64,000 nt of DNA from Raillietiella orientalis (Eukaryota), in the NCBI GenBank assembly GCA_036172245.1, contig JAYWIR010000001.1, positions 5,890,001 to 5,954,000 of the forward strand, read 5' to 3'. The notes below the pieces were generated by a model. It worked only from the letters and a program-made list of their open reading frames with translations, did no database searches and was not told the DNA's origin. This document shows positions 13,401 to 26,443 of this stretch, piece after piece. The position numbers and the translations under genes are program-made. The stretch's first letter is position 1, and every line of letters begins with the position of its first letter.

Positions 13401-13935
13401 AGGTGGGTGCCTATCGGGTGCCTCGTCAACATCAGTCAAATTTTATCAAGAGCTACCTTGACTTGATTTGATCATTTTCATTTGATTTCATTAGGGGTGC
13501 ACAGTAAGACAGATGAGGTGAAAGATGAAACGGTGCTAAAGTTGAAACTGGACAAGTTGAACAGGAAACATGATTGACATTTTTAACAAAATCAAAACAT
13601 GGGATGAAAATGTTTTCTTTCTTTCTCGTCTTCAGAAGAATGTTCTGTTTTTTTTTTTTTTTCTCCTGACAAAGATGAATAAAAACACCTTAGCATTCAA
13701 AAACGAATAGATCAAGTTCTGGATTGGAGTGTTTAGGGACCAAACACTGTTAGATTCATCTGTGGGCATCAATGTTTTATTTCTATTGTTTAAGCATCTA
13801 ATAGGGATTCTTCTGCCTTGTATTGAGTCATTATTAAATTATTGAATCATAAAAGCATTTGTTTTGTTACATGCAAACACGTATTGCATTGAAAATGTAT
13901 ATAGGTGTCTGATATATTGAACATATGGTTTTCTG

Positions 13936-14118
13936 ACGAATTTAGAAAAAGTCATAAAATTCAGAGAAAGGTCAGTGTTACTGTAGAAGCGATTTTGTGT
14001 AGATTTCATTATTTTTTATTAATAATAGTAAGAAAACGGCTGCAATGGAATCTACACAAAATCGCTTCTACAGTAACACTGACCTTTCTCTGAATTTTAT
14101 GACTTTTTCTAAATTCGT
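13936..14118. repeat. Perfect inverted repeat, 70-bp arms (13936-14005 / 14049-14118), 43-nt spacer
   Basis: ACGAATTTAG...GTGTAGATT is the exact reverse complement of AATCTACAC...CTAAATTCGT. Confidence 0.97.
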
Positions 14119-15547
14119 TATTATTGTTTTTCAATTTGTTTCTATTATTTTTATTAATAAGTGGATGAAGTAGATTGCTCGTAAGCACAAGGCATGAAGA
14201 TGTAAAGCATGAAGGCGTATCTGTTTTTTATAACCACTACCAAAAAACTGATTTTAAATGCTTCATAGCTATGAATCAGTGCGAATCGGAAATTGCAGTC
14301 TTAACAAATGAGCACACGCCAAAACACCTATGATAAGCATTTAGATAATGACGATAAGCTTGAAGGTAGGTTTTCGCACTGCGAAAATACTTTTTACAAG
14401 AATTATTTCCTATGGTGTGGACAGAAACTGAAATCGATTGGGCAAGATTAGGGAGAAAGAGGAAAAAAAAAAAAATTAGTTGAACTAAAATATGGTTTTG
14501 CATACGAGATGGTGTCCAATTAAAAAAAAAAAAAAAACGCTGGAACAGTAGAACAAATTCAAAGTTATTTGGGACAATGACAGTAATGGTAGTGGAGAAA
14601 TAAAACTGAAAAAAGAGGACAAGATGAACACCATATTCAGCAAACGTTTCCTCAAAACCAAGCACTAAATTTGGAAATCAGCATTACTTCAGACTGAGAA
14701 ACATCAATTTATGTTTACCTCATCAAAGACAATAAGACTAACAAAGTAGATTCCTCTTCCCTAGTATAAGGAGACTTTTTTTTAATTTTGAATAGCTAAT
14801 CATTTTTGTCTCAATTGTCTCAATTTATTTTCGGGATTACAATTCACGATGTTAAAATTATGAATTTCACCGGTTAATCTGTATTGTTTCCTGGATAAAC
14901 TTCTACATTTACATCTGTAAACAATCTAAACACCTTATTTGATGTTTCTTTTGAAACTAAACATTCTATCAGGGATGGGTTTAGTTAAGTATGACATTTT
15001 TCATTTTCATGAGGTAAGCGACACAGAGAGTTTTAATTTGAAAATTGCGAGAAGTAGGTTAGGAAAACATAACTTTTTTAGCACTGAATTTTAGGAAAAC
15101 GGTTATAAATTAAGCTTACATGTTACCTAATGGGTGCATTTCGAATCAGCGAGTTTGAAAGTTGACAAAATGAGTGACCCTTGCTCAACTGAAGGAATTT
15201 TTAAATTTAACCCGGGAAACATTATGTGCCTCGTCGTTCATCTATACGATTCCTCAAAATGGTGAAATTGTCCGCGTGTAAGTGAAAATCCGAAGCCAGA
15301 AATTGCTTTGGACTTTCGAGTGCACTAGTTTTTCCTTTTCTGTTTTTTTTTTTGTGTGTGTGTGTGTTTTTGGCAGATAGCGAAGGTTTCGAAACGGCTG
15401 CGTTGCTTGCAGTGTATTTTTTCGTTTTTCCAGCGGCAGTTGGCAGCCGCTGCAAGCGGGAAATTCAACATTTCAGTTGACTCTGCGAAAGTGTGTAGCG
15501 GGAAGCATGAAGTTGTGAGTGTTATGAATCTCTTGTATTAAAACAAA

Positions 15548-16563
15548 ATGCCTGCGAGTGATATTCAGTATTCAGATAGATATCACGATGATTTTTACGA
15601 ATACAGGTAAAAAAAATAAATAAATAAATTTGTTTTTCAAGTCTACTCAGTTTTTTTTTTTTTTTTCTTCTTTTTTTTTTTTACGAATGCCATGCGATCA
15701 GCCTGTTGGAAATTTTGACAATTGGGGGAAGTATTGCCGCAAAAAAGGGGGGAGGGGGAGGAGAAAAGGGGGGGAATAATATTAGTAATAATTCCGTAGG
15801 GAAGGCTTGTAGCCATAGATAATCATTTCATGTTGAAAAGGATCTGTTGCGCGCGTAAGTGTACAAGCCTTTTTTTTCCTTTGGTTTGCCTTTTTATTGA
15901 AAGGAAATTTTTTCCCTACATTATCAGTTTTACAAATGTGCTCACTTATACATAATTTGGAATAACTTTAAAATTATCGTTTATTTATTTTTTATCAATA
16001 GAATTTATGTTTAGTCTTCTGACCCAAGGCATTCCAACAATTAAATTAAATTTTTGGAACACAGTGTTTTTGGGCAGCAAATTGTGCTTAGGAACGCCTG
16101 TGTTTGTCGATTGTTGCTTTTCATTCAGTGAACTGAGGAACTGAGTTTCCGGTTTGTTGATTGACAAGCTTATAAGACTAGGAAAAAAAAAAAAAAAAAA
16201 AAACTGTGATCTATTATTTGTGCTGTTTTGAAAAATTCAATCATAAATGCTCTGAGTGAAAGATTCTTTTTCTAGACATGTCATTTTGCCAAGTGATATA
16301 GCCAGATTAGTACCTAAACAGCATTTAATGACAGAAAAAGAATGGAGAAAAATTGGAGTGCAGCAATCCCCAGGCTGGATTCATTACATGATTCATGAGC
16401 CTGGTATGCTAATTTGTTAAACATACGAGCTTTTATTTTCGTTTTTCTTTCTTTTTTTTTTCCCCCCCCAAAAGAGCCACATGTGTTGTTGTTTCGTCGT
16501 GTCAGAACTGATAAAGCTGCTTGTCAAGTGAATGCAGACATGAAAATAGAAGTTCATGGATGA
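15548..16563 (+). CDS. CKS1: Cyclin-dependent kinase regulatory subunit (CKS1/CKS2/suc1), 3 exons; absent from the ORF track
   Basis: Exons 15548-15606, 16276-16403 and 16475-16563 translate to [95 protein letters not shown] boundaries are canonical, with AATAAA near 16727. Confidence 0.97.
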
Positions 16564-18559
16564 ACTGTTGGCAGTGACGTTTAGTTGTTGTCTTGTGCTA
16601 AAGTTTTGCATAAAGATAACAAAATGTTAACTGAATTTGATTGGCAGCATTTTTCTTAGTTTTTTTGTATCTACATAAATGTCTTGATTGTGTGTTATAC
16701 ATATGCCAACAGTTTCTTTAAAGGTCAATAAAGTTTAAAGAGCGACATATTTTCATTGTACTTTATTTTTGTTTCTTCTTTTTTCATCCATATTGAGAAA
16801 CATTATTTGTTAATAGAAGTATTTTGATAAAACTGTCATGCAAATTTTCTTTCAAATGTTGTCTAAGGTCTGAAGGTTGTGACTTCAGAATAAAAGCTAT
16901 CTTATCAAGTCTCCATTTTTATGTTCATCCGTGTGCAGAAGGAAGAGAAACAATAAAAGTGTCAAGTTTTTAGTTAGAACTTGTATTTCAACTTAGTAAT
17001 AGACTCTCTCTAATATTTATTTTAAATCACTTTTTGTTGACTAAATTGTTTTGCATGGTAACTCTCTTGGTATAAGTTCTTGAAAACCACTGCTTTCCTA
17101 GATCCACTGTCAATGTGAGCTTTGCTAGAATTATAAGTTACTTATTCCATGCACACTCAAATTATTGACCAGTCTACTACTACTGCCTACGTAGCACTTT
17201 AACATTGCATCATAATGTTCCCCATGTACTTTACAGTTTTAAACTCCCCCATGCTCTGTTTCAAGCAAGAAAGCAATAGACTATTAAAATGCATAAAAAA
17301 TTCATTAAAAAAATCCTGAATACCCATGTGATGTAAACTGAATAAATTGTCTGGTTTTTTCATTTTCAGCAATTTTATTGATTTGCTTTTCTGTTCATCT
17401 TACCGTAATTTGCCTTGTTTTCTTGGAGTAACTACAAATCCACTTTTCTAATAAATATAAAGACATCAAAAAAGAATTGTCAATCAAATGGAAGCTGCAG
17501 TTTGAAGGTTTGGAAACCTCTTTGCTGAATGTACACGAATACGTTTACTTTCCATGAGTACCTGTTCATATTTGTGCCAAAATAAATCTATTTGTGTACA
17601 CTGGTCAGACTGTGCAAAATAAAATGTGCATCAACTGCTAGGTTTGCTTTGGTAATCAACAAATACATAGTGCCGAAGCATGTACAAAATCATAACACTA
17701 CACCATAAGGAATGAGACTACAGTCCAGAATTTAGTACCTGTGGTCTGAGGACAGTTTAAATGATAATGGCGATATCTTTAGTACGAGAAGTGTGCTTAA
17801 GATTCCTATTTTTGTGTAACACAGGTTACAAGCATGATATGTTTACAATATGTTGTTTACAAATTAGATTTGAACTCTTATTTGTAGAAAATTGTATGCA
17901 CCTCTAAACTTTACTGCAGCAGTGTCAACATCAAGTTGTTACCAGTAGATGAATTTCGTAAAAGAGTGCTTGCAGATCAATATTTTAGCTGTATAATGGT
18001 CATCTTTGCTAAATGTTCATAAACTACAAACGAGCTAGGTACAGAGAAAATAGACAGGAAATGTGTTCAGATTCAGAGCCAACATTGGCTGAAGTAACTA
18101 GTCAATCCATCATACACCAAAGCAGAAAAAATAATTAGAATGTTCATTTCATGCCAATACAGATGCACAGAATTGTAGCATGCAGATTGTGTAAACTTGA
18201 AAAAATCTGCTTCTCTTTTAAATCTGTTAAAAAGTTTTGATTTTGGCAAGAAGTTTCCTTAAGGAAATATTGGTAAAAGTGTTAGTTTGTATTATTTAGT
18301 AAGGTTATGTTTATCACATTGGATGAATTTTTACTCAGATGAATTTTGATCAAGCATGCAGATGGCATTTTTCTACATCCAACGAGATGGACAATCAATC
18401 AAAGTTTATGAAACTGTTCTAATTATTGCTTGGTCGATTAGCTGATGTATCCTTGATGCCGCTCGCCTGGGTGCACCATGAATGACATCTAAAAATTACC
18501 ATCCAATTGGTTCCTCCTCATCTTCCAAATAACAGTCAGTGCAGCATCGTTCTTAACCT

Positions 18560-20000
18560 GTGCAACCTCTGCAGTCCAAACGCCCAAGATAACAGACTGA
18601 ATTATGGAGGAAAGGTACTGCTCAGCTCCATCAGGAAAGTGCTTCAGTAGGGCGTGACTGGCTAGTGTGCCAGCGAGCCTCAGATTATGTATTTTCCACT
18701 CTCAATGCCAACTGCTTGTTCACACCGATTCGTTCGACTAAAGAACGATTCTCATCAACAGAACCAAAGGAAAGAGATGCGACATGGTGCTGCTGCAGCA
18801 CTTAACACGGTTGACGCAACAATACGTGTACCAAAGTGTACCAAGGATGTTGGGTCCAAGAAACGTGTCGACTGGCGTTCAACATAATGCGCTTTTATCT
18901 TGCGCTTTCATGAAATCAGTGGTGGAAGGCGAGCACAGGATCACATCACTATACGCAGTCATTTCCATTTTCAACCCAAGGCGAAAGTATATGTGTGTCA
19001 CCAAATGGTGATCCGCGCGTGCAGTACGGTACAGAAAATGTCTGGGTTTGTGACACTCGTGAGCTGTCACTGACCCATCACGTTGCTGCCGTCGTTTGGA
19101 CTGATGTACCTACGTGCTCCAAGAGAGGCTCAATCGTAAACTCTCCTCGAGAACCGGAATGATGAGGCGTGGCGGACGTCTGCATCATTCATATCAACAT
19201 AGTATCATTCATCAGCTCGAGTTCTGTCCGTGGAAACCCAAAAAAAGGGAAGGGAAGACCACCACCAGGCGCAATGGCTGCAAGAAGGAAAAGCAACCGC
19301 AGCTCCACCACTCCCTTGGGGTTGAGTCGCGGGCCAGCACCAGGCACGGCAGCTCGAAGCCACTTAGACCAGCAATAGACCCAGACTCCAGGACTCCGGC
19401 CATCCAAGCTGAGAGGGAAGAAATGGGCATCCGCAATGTGAGAGGATGGGAGCGTTACCATGTCAACAACTGGTGTGCAAAGCCGACATCGTTTCGCGTT
19501 CATTCTCAACGGATGTGCGTGAAGAAACCAATAAGTCCTACGAGATGATTGCAAACGGTTCGGAAACAAGCACGTTGCCATAGTTGAATCGAACAGCTCG
19601 TGGGGGTTGGTCGGTGAAAACCATGGAAACGATCGGTATTCCGGAATCATTCTGTACCAGGAGGGAAAGTTGCACATCAGAGCTAACGAATGACAAGCGC
19701 CCAAGACCATGATGGGTGCAAATCAGCTTCACAGGAAAACAGAATTGTCAGTCCTTTGTGCCTCCAGAACTTCAGTTCGAGGGAACTGCTGCGTCGACAG
19801 TATTGGTGCAGGCAGGCGTACGGACGCTGTGTGCTGCGCTGCTGGTTCGTTCTGGGGTCGCGCAAAGGTCCGGATGCAGAAAGAGATACGGTCGCTCCTT
19901 GGTGGGTCATACCAATTGTACCGAAGCGCACGTGGATGACGCCGACACGGTGCTCACCACACACCACCTCCTGCGTGCTCTTGCCGACAGGAGCTCTTGC
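18560..20000 (+). mobile_element. Possible highly decayed RNase H-bearing LINE 3' portion (I/Ingi/Nimb-like)
   Basis: Faint collinear motifs: DNRLNY, SSSVRGNP, QLEAT, DPDSRTPAIQA, FGNKHVA, and a later Cys/His cluster. These resemble the post-RT, RNase H and zinc-knuckle order, with many frameshifts. Confidence 0.3.
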
Positions 20001-23000
20001 GGAAAAGACGGAAGGACCGTTTCCTAGGCGATTCGATTCTTCCTCCTGAAGTCCCTGGACGGAACATCGGGGCCATTCGTGATGAATTCGCGATCGATGA
20101 AGATTTTTTTTGGCGGCGATCCCAGATCCGAAGGTCGACTGGGGGCCTCCTGGGAATCCCAGGTGCCCTGGACGTCCTTCTTCTCTCTCTCTCTCTCTTT
20201 TTTTTTTCTCACTCTTCCCCCCTTTTTTCTTTCGTCATCGAAGTAACCATCATCGATCCCTCTCCGCTCAAAAACGCTCGACGTCTTAGAGGCTCATTTC
20301 CTGCCGGAAGGGTTGGGCTGCCGCTAGCAAGAATCAGCCTGGGGGACGACCCTTCGATGGATGGAAGCGCCACCCAGTCTCGCTCACGACGGGCCGAGGA
20401 TCCCTCGTAGGAGAGAGAGCGGCTCCCTCGTGGGGGATGCGGCGGCCCCAGCCCGGGGGCAAAAGGCCTCGCGGAGCAGCGAGCTCCCGGCAGGAAGGGC
20501 GTGGAATAGCCGGGGAGCGACGACCCGTGGGGCGTTCCCCTGCCTTCCATCGGGCGACGGCCCTCCCCTCTGGAAAGCCTCGCTCTCCCTCCCCATCGCG
20601 CTCGCCGCGACAGGGGCGCAACCGGGAGGGGGAGCTGCCGAAAGTTGCCAGAGGGCCACTTACCCTGGAAGGGCGCCGGGAGCGAAAGGGGTCGGTGCCC
20701 TCGGCGGACGCCCCGAGGAGGGAAGAGATGCGGCTTCCGCGTGGGGCGGGCGGGGATGCTCATAGGACCCCTACTCCGTCCTTGGCACCCTCCGGGAGCG
20801 ACTGCTGGAGACGGCAGCGGAGACGCCGCGCGCGCGCTCGAAGAGGTGGGAGGCACACGAGCCCCAGGCCAGGGCAGAGGAGGCCCCCCAGAGGAGCCCT
20901 GACGGTTTCTTCTTTCCCCGGACTCCCCCCAGTCGAGTGGAGGAGAAGAAAAGCGACGGAACTGCGGAGACCCTTGGGGACAGGGAGGGGGGGGGGAGAG
21001 GAGGAGGCCGTTTCTTCTGCAGTGCGCACGCTGGAGGAGGGGCCTCCCTTCGGACACTGCCGACTCGCCCTCAGGAAGCGCGCGTCCGGCCGTCGCCGTG
21101 GAAACCGCGCGTCGATTCCTCCCCCTCCTCCCGGGCGCGTCCGGAGCACCAGCTTTCGAGGGGAGGAGAGGAGGGGATTCCTCCCAACTCCTCCTCGGTG
21201 GGGAAGCGCAGATCTGCGAGGTTCCCCGAAGGGACATTCCCGTGGGGCCGATGCCACTCGCTGCGAAGGCAGGATAGCCCCCGCCCTTCTGCCTAGAGGC
21301 TCCTCGGGCGGGCTACCCGCAAAGGAAGGGGGGGGAAGCGAGGCGCGCGGCACTTCCGCTTCCCGAAGGTGCGCGCCCGGAAGGCAATCGCCGGAAGTGA
21401 GCGCTCGGAGCCTCTCCTGCCGGTGCGGCCGCTTCCGCCGGGGCGCACGAGCGCCGGCGAGCTGCCGTGGGTCTTCCCGCCTCCCGCGGGGCCGAGGGCA
21501 TCCGCAGCTTCAGGAAAAGTCGCACCGCCGAGGGCGCGCGCTGCCCCAGCATCGCTAAGCACCTTCCTGTTTTGCCATGGTTCTCCCTGCTGCCGCCGCG
21601 TGAGGCCTCGCGCCGCCAAGGGCTTTCGTGTGGTTACGGACGCCTGTGTTACTATGTGTTACATTCCGGATGGATCCGGAGCGACCGTTGCCGGGTCGCG
21701 GACGTCACGGGAGGCCCAGCCGCGGGAATCGTCTCTTGGCGAAGACTTGCGGGCCGGGAGCGTTCTGGGCAGCCTTGGCGAGGAGGACGTGAGTGGGGAC
21801 GGGGCCCACCTCCCCACCCTCCAGGAGCTACCGCGGGTCCCTTACCTTGCTTCCCCCCTCCCTCTGGAGGCCTTCAGTTCGGTCCCCTTCACCTACTACT
21901 AGCGGTGCTAGGGATGGGGGGTCCTAGTGATCGTTCCCCGATGGACGTGGGCCGTGCCCCCGAAATGTTCCCGAAGGACGGCGGCGGTATCTCCCTTCCT
22001 GCTCCCCCCCCCCTCCTCATCCTCATCTCTTCCCCGACGGTTCGCTCGTGCGAGTAGAAGAGGAACGCTGCGAACGCACCGGCGCTGCCTGGTGGCGAGA
22101 GCGGGAAGCTTCGCCCGCCCGGCGGAGCGCCGGCGAGCCGAGCGAAAGAAGTCGCCCCCCGAAAGCTGCTGCGCCCAGGCGATGGGTGGGCTGGGGAGGG
22201 GGGGAGGAAGAGAAAGGGCCGGAGGCATTGAGGAAAAGGGCTGAAACCTGCGACGCGAGGCAGGCGCGCCCAACTCGTCGCGCACGCGTGCACACGCACG
22301 CACGAATTAGCCTCGGCACGCTCGCCGGTGCCTTTGCTCGCGAGCAGGGAGGGAGGGGGGGGCAGGAGGGGGCGCCGAACGCAGTGAACGTGTTCTGGCA
22401 CGTTCACGGCGCTCGACGCGCGGGAATCGGGACAGCAGAGGCGAAAAGTACGCGTTGCAGGGGGAGGACACCTGATGGCTGCTTTTTTGTGCCAGCGCGC
22501 GCACCCTGCGATCGCGCAAGGTTGCCAGCAGCAGCAGCACACGCAGCAAAAGGGAAAGAAAAACCGAAAGCAAAACGCCCGCGACAGATTCGGCACGCGA
22601 AAGGTGAAAACACGTAGGCGAAACTGAGGTCTTCCCAGTTGCAGGTGTTCCCTTTGCGTTTCCACGTTACCTGCGAAGCGAGCGGCGACGGCAGCAGGAG
22701 GGGGAAGGGGGAGGAGGAGCAACGAAAACAAAAAGGAGAAAATACGCGCGCCCGCTTGCGCGCGCGTGCACGTACGCACGCACGCACGCAAATCAAACGT
22801 GAAGTGCTGGCCTTGCCGCCGCCGCCGTCGCCGCCGCCGCTGCTGCTGAGCGTTGCGCTGTGTTGCGTTGCGGGGCGACCGACCCGGCGACGCGCGCGCA
22901 GCTGTGCGATCGTCCCGGGAGTTCGCCTCCCCAACAATGGGTGCGGGCGGTTCCCCGTATTGCTGTGAGATGGCAGACCTGCGCGCGGGGGTCGGCCTCG

Positions 23001-23599
23001 CGGCTCTCGAGGCACATTCTTTTCTCGCGGCCGCGTACTCCGGTTGGCAGGGTGGTGCATCAATGCGATAGTTCAGGCGCGCGGCAACCAGAAGGAAATG
23101 CAAATTTCAGTAAAAAGAGAGGGGGAGAGAGAGAAAGAAGCCATGTCTTCCATTTGGAACGAATGTCTTTGGAACACGCAAGGTTTTTCAGCTGACTGTG
23201 AGGTGCCATGAAAAGGGATGTCAAATACATTTATTATTACTGATGGGTGCAAACTGGCGTGCCTGCCTTTCGTCTGTTCTGTTCAGATTTTAACCTGGAA
23301 TCGCAAAACTTGCATAGGTCTTGTTTGGGACCAACAAACAGAGATATACAAATAAAAATTACATGCCGTGCAGCTGGGGACGAGTCTCCGTTGTAGTTGA
23401 ATGGAGCAGCAATAAAGTACATTTATTTATTGACGAAGAGGAAGCAGACCGACCTCGACATTCGAAAATCCAGAGTATCTGCGCCGTGAAAGCTATACGG
23501 GTTAGGGGAAGGTGGATCCCCAAACCATACTCCCTCCGCAGAGATCCCACGATGCTCTTACCATCTTCCTAAACTGCCTTCCCAGTCTCTCGGGACCTC

Positions 23600-25700
23600 T
23601 TCTCACACCTCATAACATAGCGATGTCAAAGAACGCCGGGTTGTTTGCGGCTTCCTTCTCACGCGGCCATCGCCGTTCACGTGCACGTTGTAGATTTCGG
23701 TTCGTACTGATGCTGACGGCAGTGCCTGAGACCAAAAGAACCGTCGCATCAGGTTCTGGAGGGACTAAGATCTTTGAGAAAGTTTGTGGTACTCGCGTGC
23801 ACCCGCAAGAGGGTTGGTTTGCAACGTGCCGCATCCTACGAGTTAAAGTCTGTATCGAATTCCACCAGTCCGCCCTGGGGGCAGTTCTACAGGTGTCACC
23901 CACCATTTCACAGAGGAACAGACCAGCACTGAAAGGTTCACACTGTCTAGTATTTCCTGTTGCTATGCACTGTAGTTCATTCAAATGAGCATCCTAGATA
24001 TCTATCTAGGATGCTCCTCCAGCAAATCTAGCTTCCTTAAAAGGAAACGAAGTGGCTGCAACGTGCTTCGATTGAGAAGCAGCGAAGATTTTACTTTTCA
24101 GGATACCAGCCATGAGGAGACATCAACGTTCGTCCTAGCTCTGGGGCAGAAGTATTCCTTGGAAGAGCCGCCCCACCCTTTCCAGAATATGGATGGTTAG
24201 CCTGCACCCCGATGAGAAGCACTTTAGTCTTTCTGGTAGACCTAGGGACTTGCAGAGAGCTCCAGAAGTTTTCCTGCAGTATGCCTCCGACCCTTTCTCA
24301 TGCCTTGGAGTGAGGATGAAACAGGCAAACAGGAACTCGTTTCTACAAGAGGAACCTGCTATTCCGGAAAGAGGCTGTTGTTCCCTGCACTTTTCGGTAC
24401 AAAGTGTTCTTCTGCCGGATTATGGGCCAAGTTCCCACATCGCAAATTACGGGCACTCCTAAATGCTTGAAGGATCCTGCGGAGGGATCTTCAGATAAAA
24501 CCAGTCTGACTACCTGCACCATCCCGATCCAACTCAGACGACCATTTGACTTCCATCTGCCACGTGGCATAGGAAGCCTTTGAGCGAGGATGGTCGACAC
24601 GGACAGCATCAAAAGAAGTCACCGCATGGCGTGCAAGGAAATAACGGTGCACCAAGTGTCGATTCGAGGTAGGTGCTTAACAACAACGAATGTGCTCAAG
24701 CTTTCTCGGAGATCCCTGGTCTTTCCGGAATACATCGTACATGAGGTGGTCTTCGAAATATTTATTAGCGCTCCGAGCAAAGAGAGGTAGTAGGTACCCC
24801 AGAAGCTCTAGAAGATACTTCTGCTTCATGTACTCGAAAGCCTTCCATAACCCATGAAAGGCTTCCCAGGAAAGGCTTCCTGGGACTTGTGGAAGTCCCA
24901 GGAAGCCTTTTGCCGCGACGTAACCCATGTCTGCTTGAACCACTCGCTGGTTCGCATGCTCCGCCCTGGAATAGTACAAGTGTGCTCCGGACTGACCAGG
25001 GAATCCGCGACCCGCCCTAGGCGTGCAGTGTTTACACATCTTAGTGAAGAAACTCGACGCCGGTATTCACCAAGGTGATCAGATGGCAGTTGAGCGTTTT
25101 TTCTTTGAGGAGGAGCTGATGAAAGGGGGCACCTCTCCTCTCCCCCGGGTCAGGAGTGTGTGATTTGCTGCGCCATGATAGCCAGCCCTGCAGCGAAGGG
25201 CTGGAAAAACTTTGTCGGGTAGCCCAGTCATTGGTTCAGCTCGCCTCCTGAGCTTCCCAATCTCCGAGATGACCGACGCGATCGAGAAGCTTCTATGGAC
25301 TTCTTGCATCCTGGAGTATGACGAGATCAACTGCAAGGTTTCTACCACGGCCCGCCTTGCCGCGCCGCCGCTCAGGCCACTGAAAATTCAAGGTGGCTAC
25401 ACAGAGATGGCATAGATGGCCTATGCATCATTGCTTGGAAAGATGAGGAAATGGTCCTGCCTCTGTTCCCGACAAGGAGCACGGCGGTAGCGTGGCTTGC
25501 TACCGGAGTGCTCTCTCTTTCGGCTGCCTCCGTTTCGGCCTATTGGCATCTCTTGTCGACGTTCTCCTCTTTAGTAGTGGAATCTGATAGCGCAGCTTCA
25601 AAGGTTTCCTCCAGAGTTGTGAGGGTTCTTTCTTGTAGGATCGAAGGGAGCAGACGCTTCCTTCGGTATTTTGTCTATTGGCCACTGACCGTCACCACCG
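23600..25700 (-). mobile_element. Degenerate non-LTR retrotransposon ORF2, L1/Tx1-like (frameshifted, with stops); ends approximate
   Basis: RT motifs appear in collinear order across frames: GKLRRRAEPMTGLP, YRRRVSSLRCV, ARLGRVADSLVSPEHTCTIPGRS (~24,990), KAFEYMKQKYLLELL, QGSP (~24,710), FKHLGVP (~24,460), KGGAALP (~24,170), and zf-RVT-like TLTRRMRHVANQPSCGC (~23,800). Recognised by eye; no search was run. Confidence 0.7.
24871..24910. repeat. Perfect 18-bp-arm hairpin with 4-nt loop inside the L1-like remnant
   Basis: AAAGGCTTCCTGGGACTT gtgg AAGTCCCAGGAAGCCTTT. Confidence 0.95.
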
Positions 25701-26429
25701 TTTTCCCTTCCGCAGCTGCCACCCGAGAAGGGCAGATGCGGCGATCTGGATTCTGACCGGGTGTGGACCGGAGGTTTGCGCTTCTGTCTGGCTGCAGCCA
25801 AGGAGCGCGAGTCTGAGCCGTGGGCGCGACCTCGTCGCCTGCGAACGCCGGGGAGCCGCATCGCTGCAGCCATCTTCCCGCGAGATGCCCGCAAACACAT
25901 CCCTGTCTGTGCCGCTCACCCTCCTTCCTCTCACACGACGCAACCGGACCGTTCTACTCGGACCGCATCCGGTCCGTTTCCTAGCTGCGATCAGGGACAT
26001 GCTCCGTGCCCGGTCCGGCTCACGCTTTCCTCGGCGGTTTTCCCTCCTGCCTGGACCTTTCCTTCGCTTTTGTTTGCTTTCTTCCGCAGAGACGACCCGG
26101 ATCGCATTTGCCTCAGAGCTTTCGTCCGCTGCGAAAAACGAACATTGCGAATGGTGGTGCTGCCACCTTGGTTAAGACAGTACTTACATGCGTGGCGCAT
26201 AAGGATGTGTGTGTGTGTGTGTGTGTGTGTGTTGCAATGGCAAGCAAAAACGACGGTGGCGCATCCCAAACGGCAAACACACTTGGGAAAGCAGCTAATG
26301 CACCGCAAAATGATTGCGTGTCAACCGTAAGAAATGCTTTTGTAGATTTATGCGACGCGCGCATTGTTGCAGAACTGCTCGCACGATTTTTCCTTTTTTT
26401 CCTCCTCCTCCTTCTTCTTCCCAGGACGG

Positions 26430-26443
26430 GTTGCCTCGGCAAC
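26430..26443. promoter_or_regulatory. RFX X-box-like palindrome
   Basis: GTTGCC-TC-GGCAAC matches the GTTGCC-NN-GGCAAC X-box form. No functional evidence. Confidence 0.35.

Noticed and set aside
13905-14093. 62-aa ORF with repeated VSVTV/STVTL
   Set aside because: Artefact of the inverted repeat.
21881-21891. GGTCCCCTTCA, miR-133-like
   Set aside because: The flanks diverge from the mature miRNA and there is no pairing arm.
24784-24795. GAGGTAGTAGGT, let-7-like
   Set aside because: Only 12 nt match, there is no precursor hairpin, and it lies inside the LINE relic.
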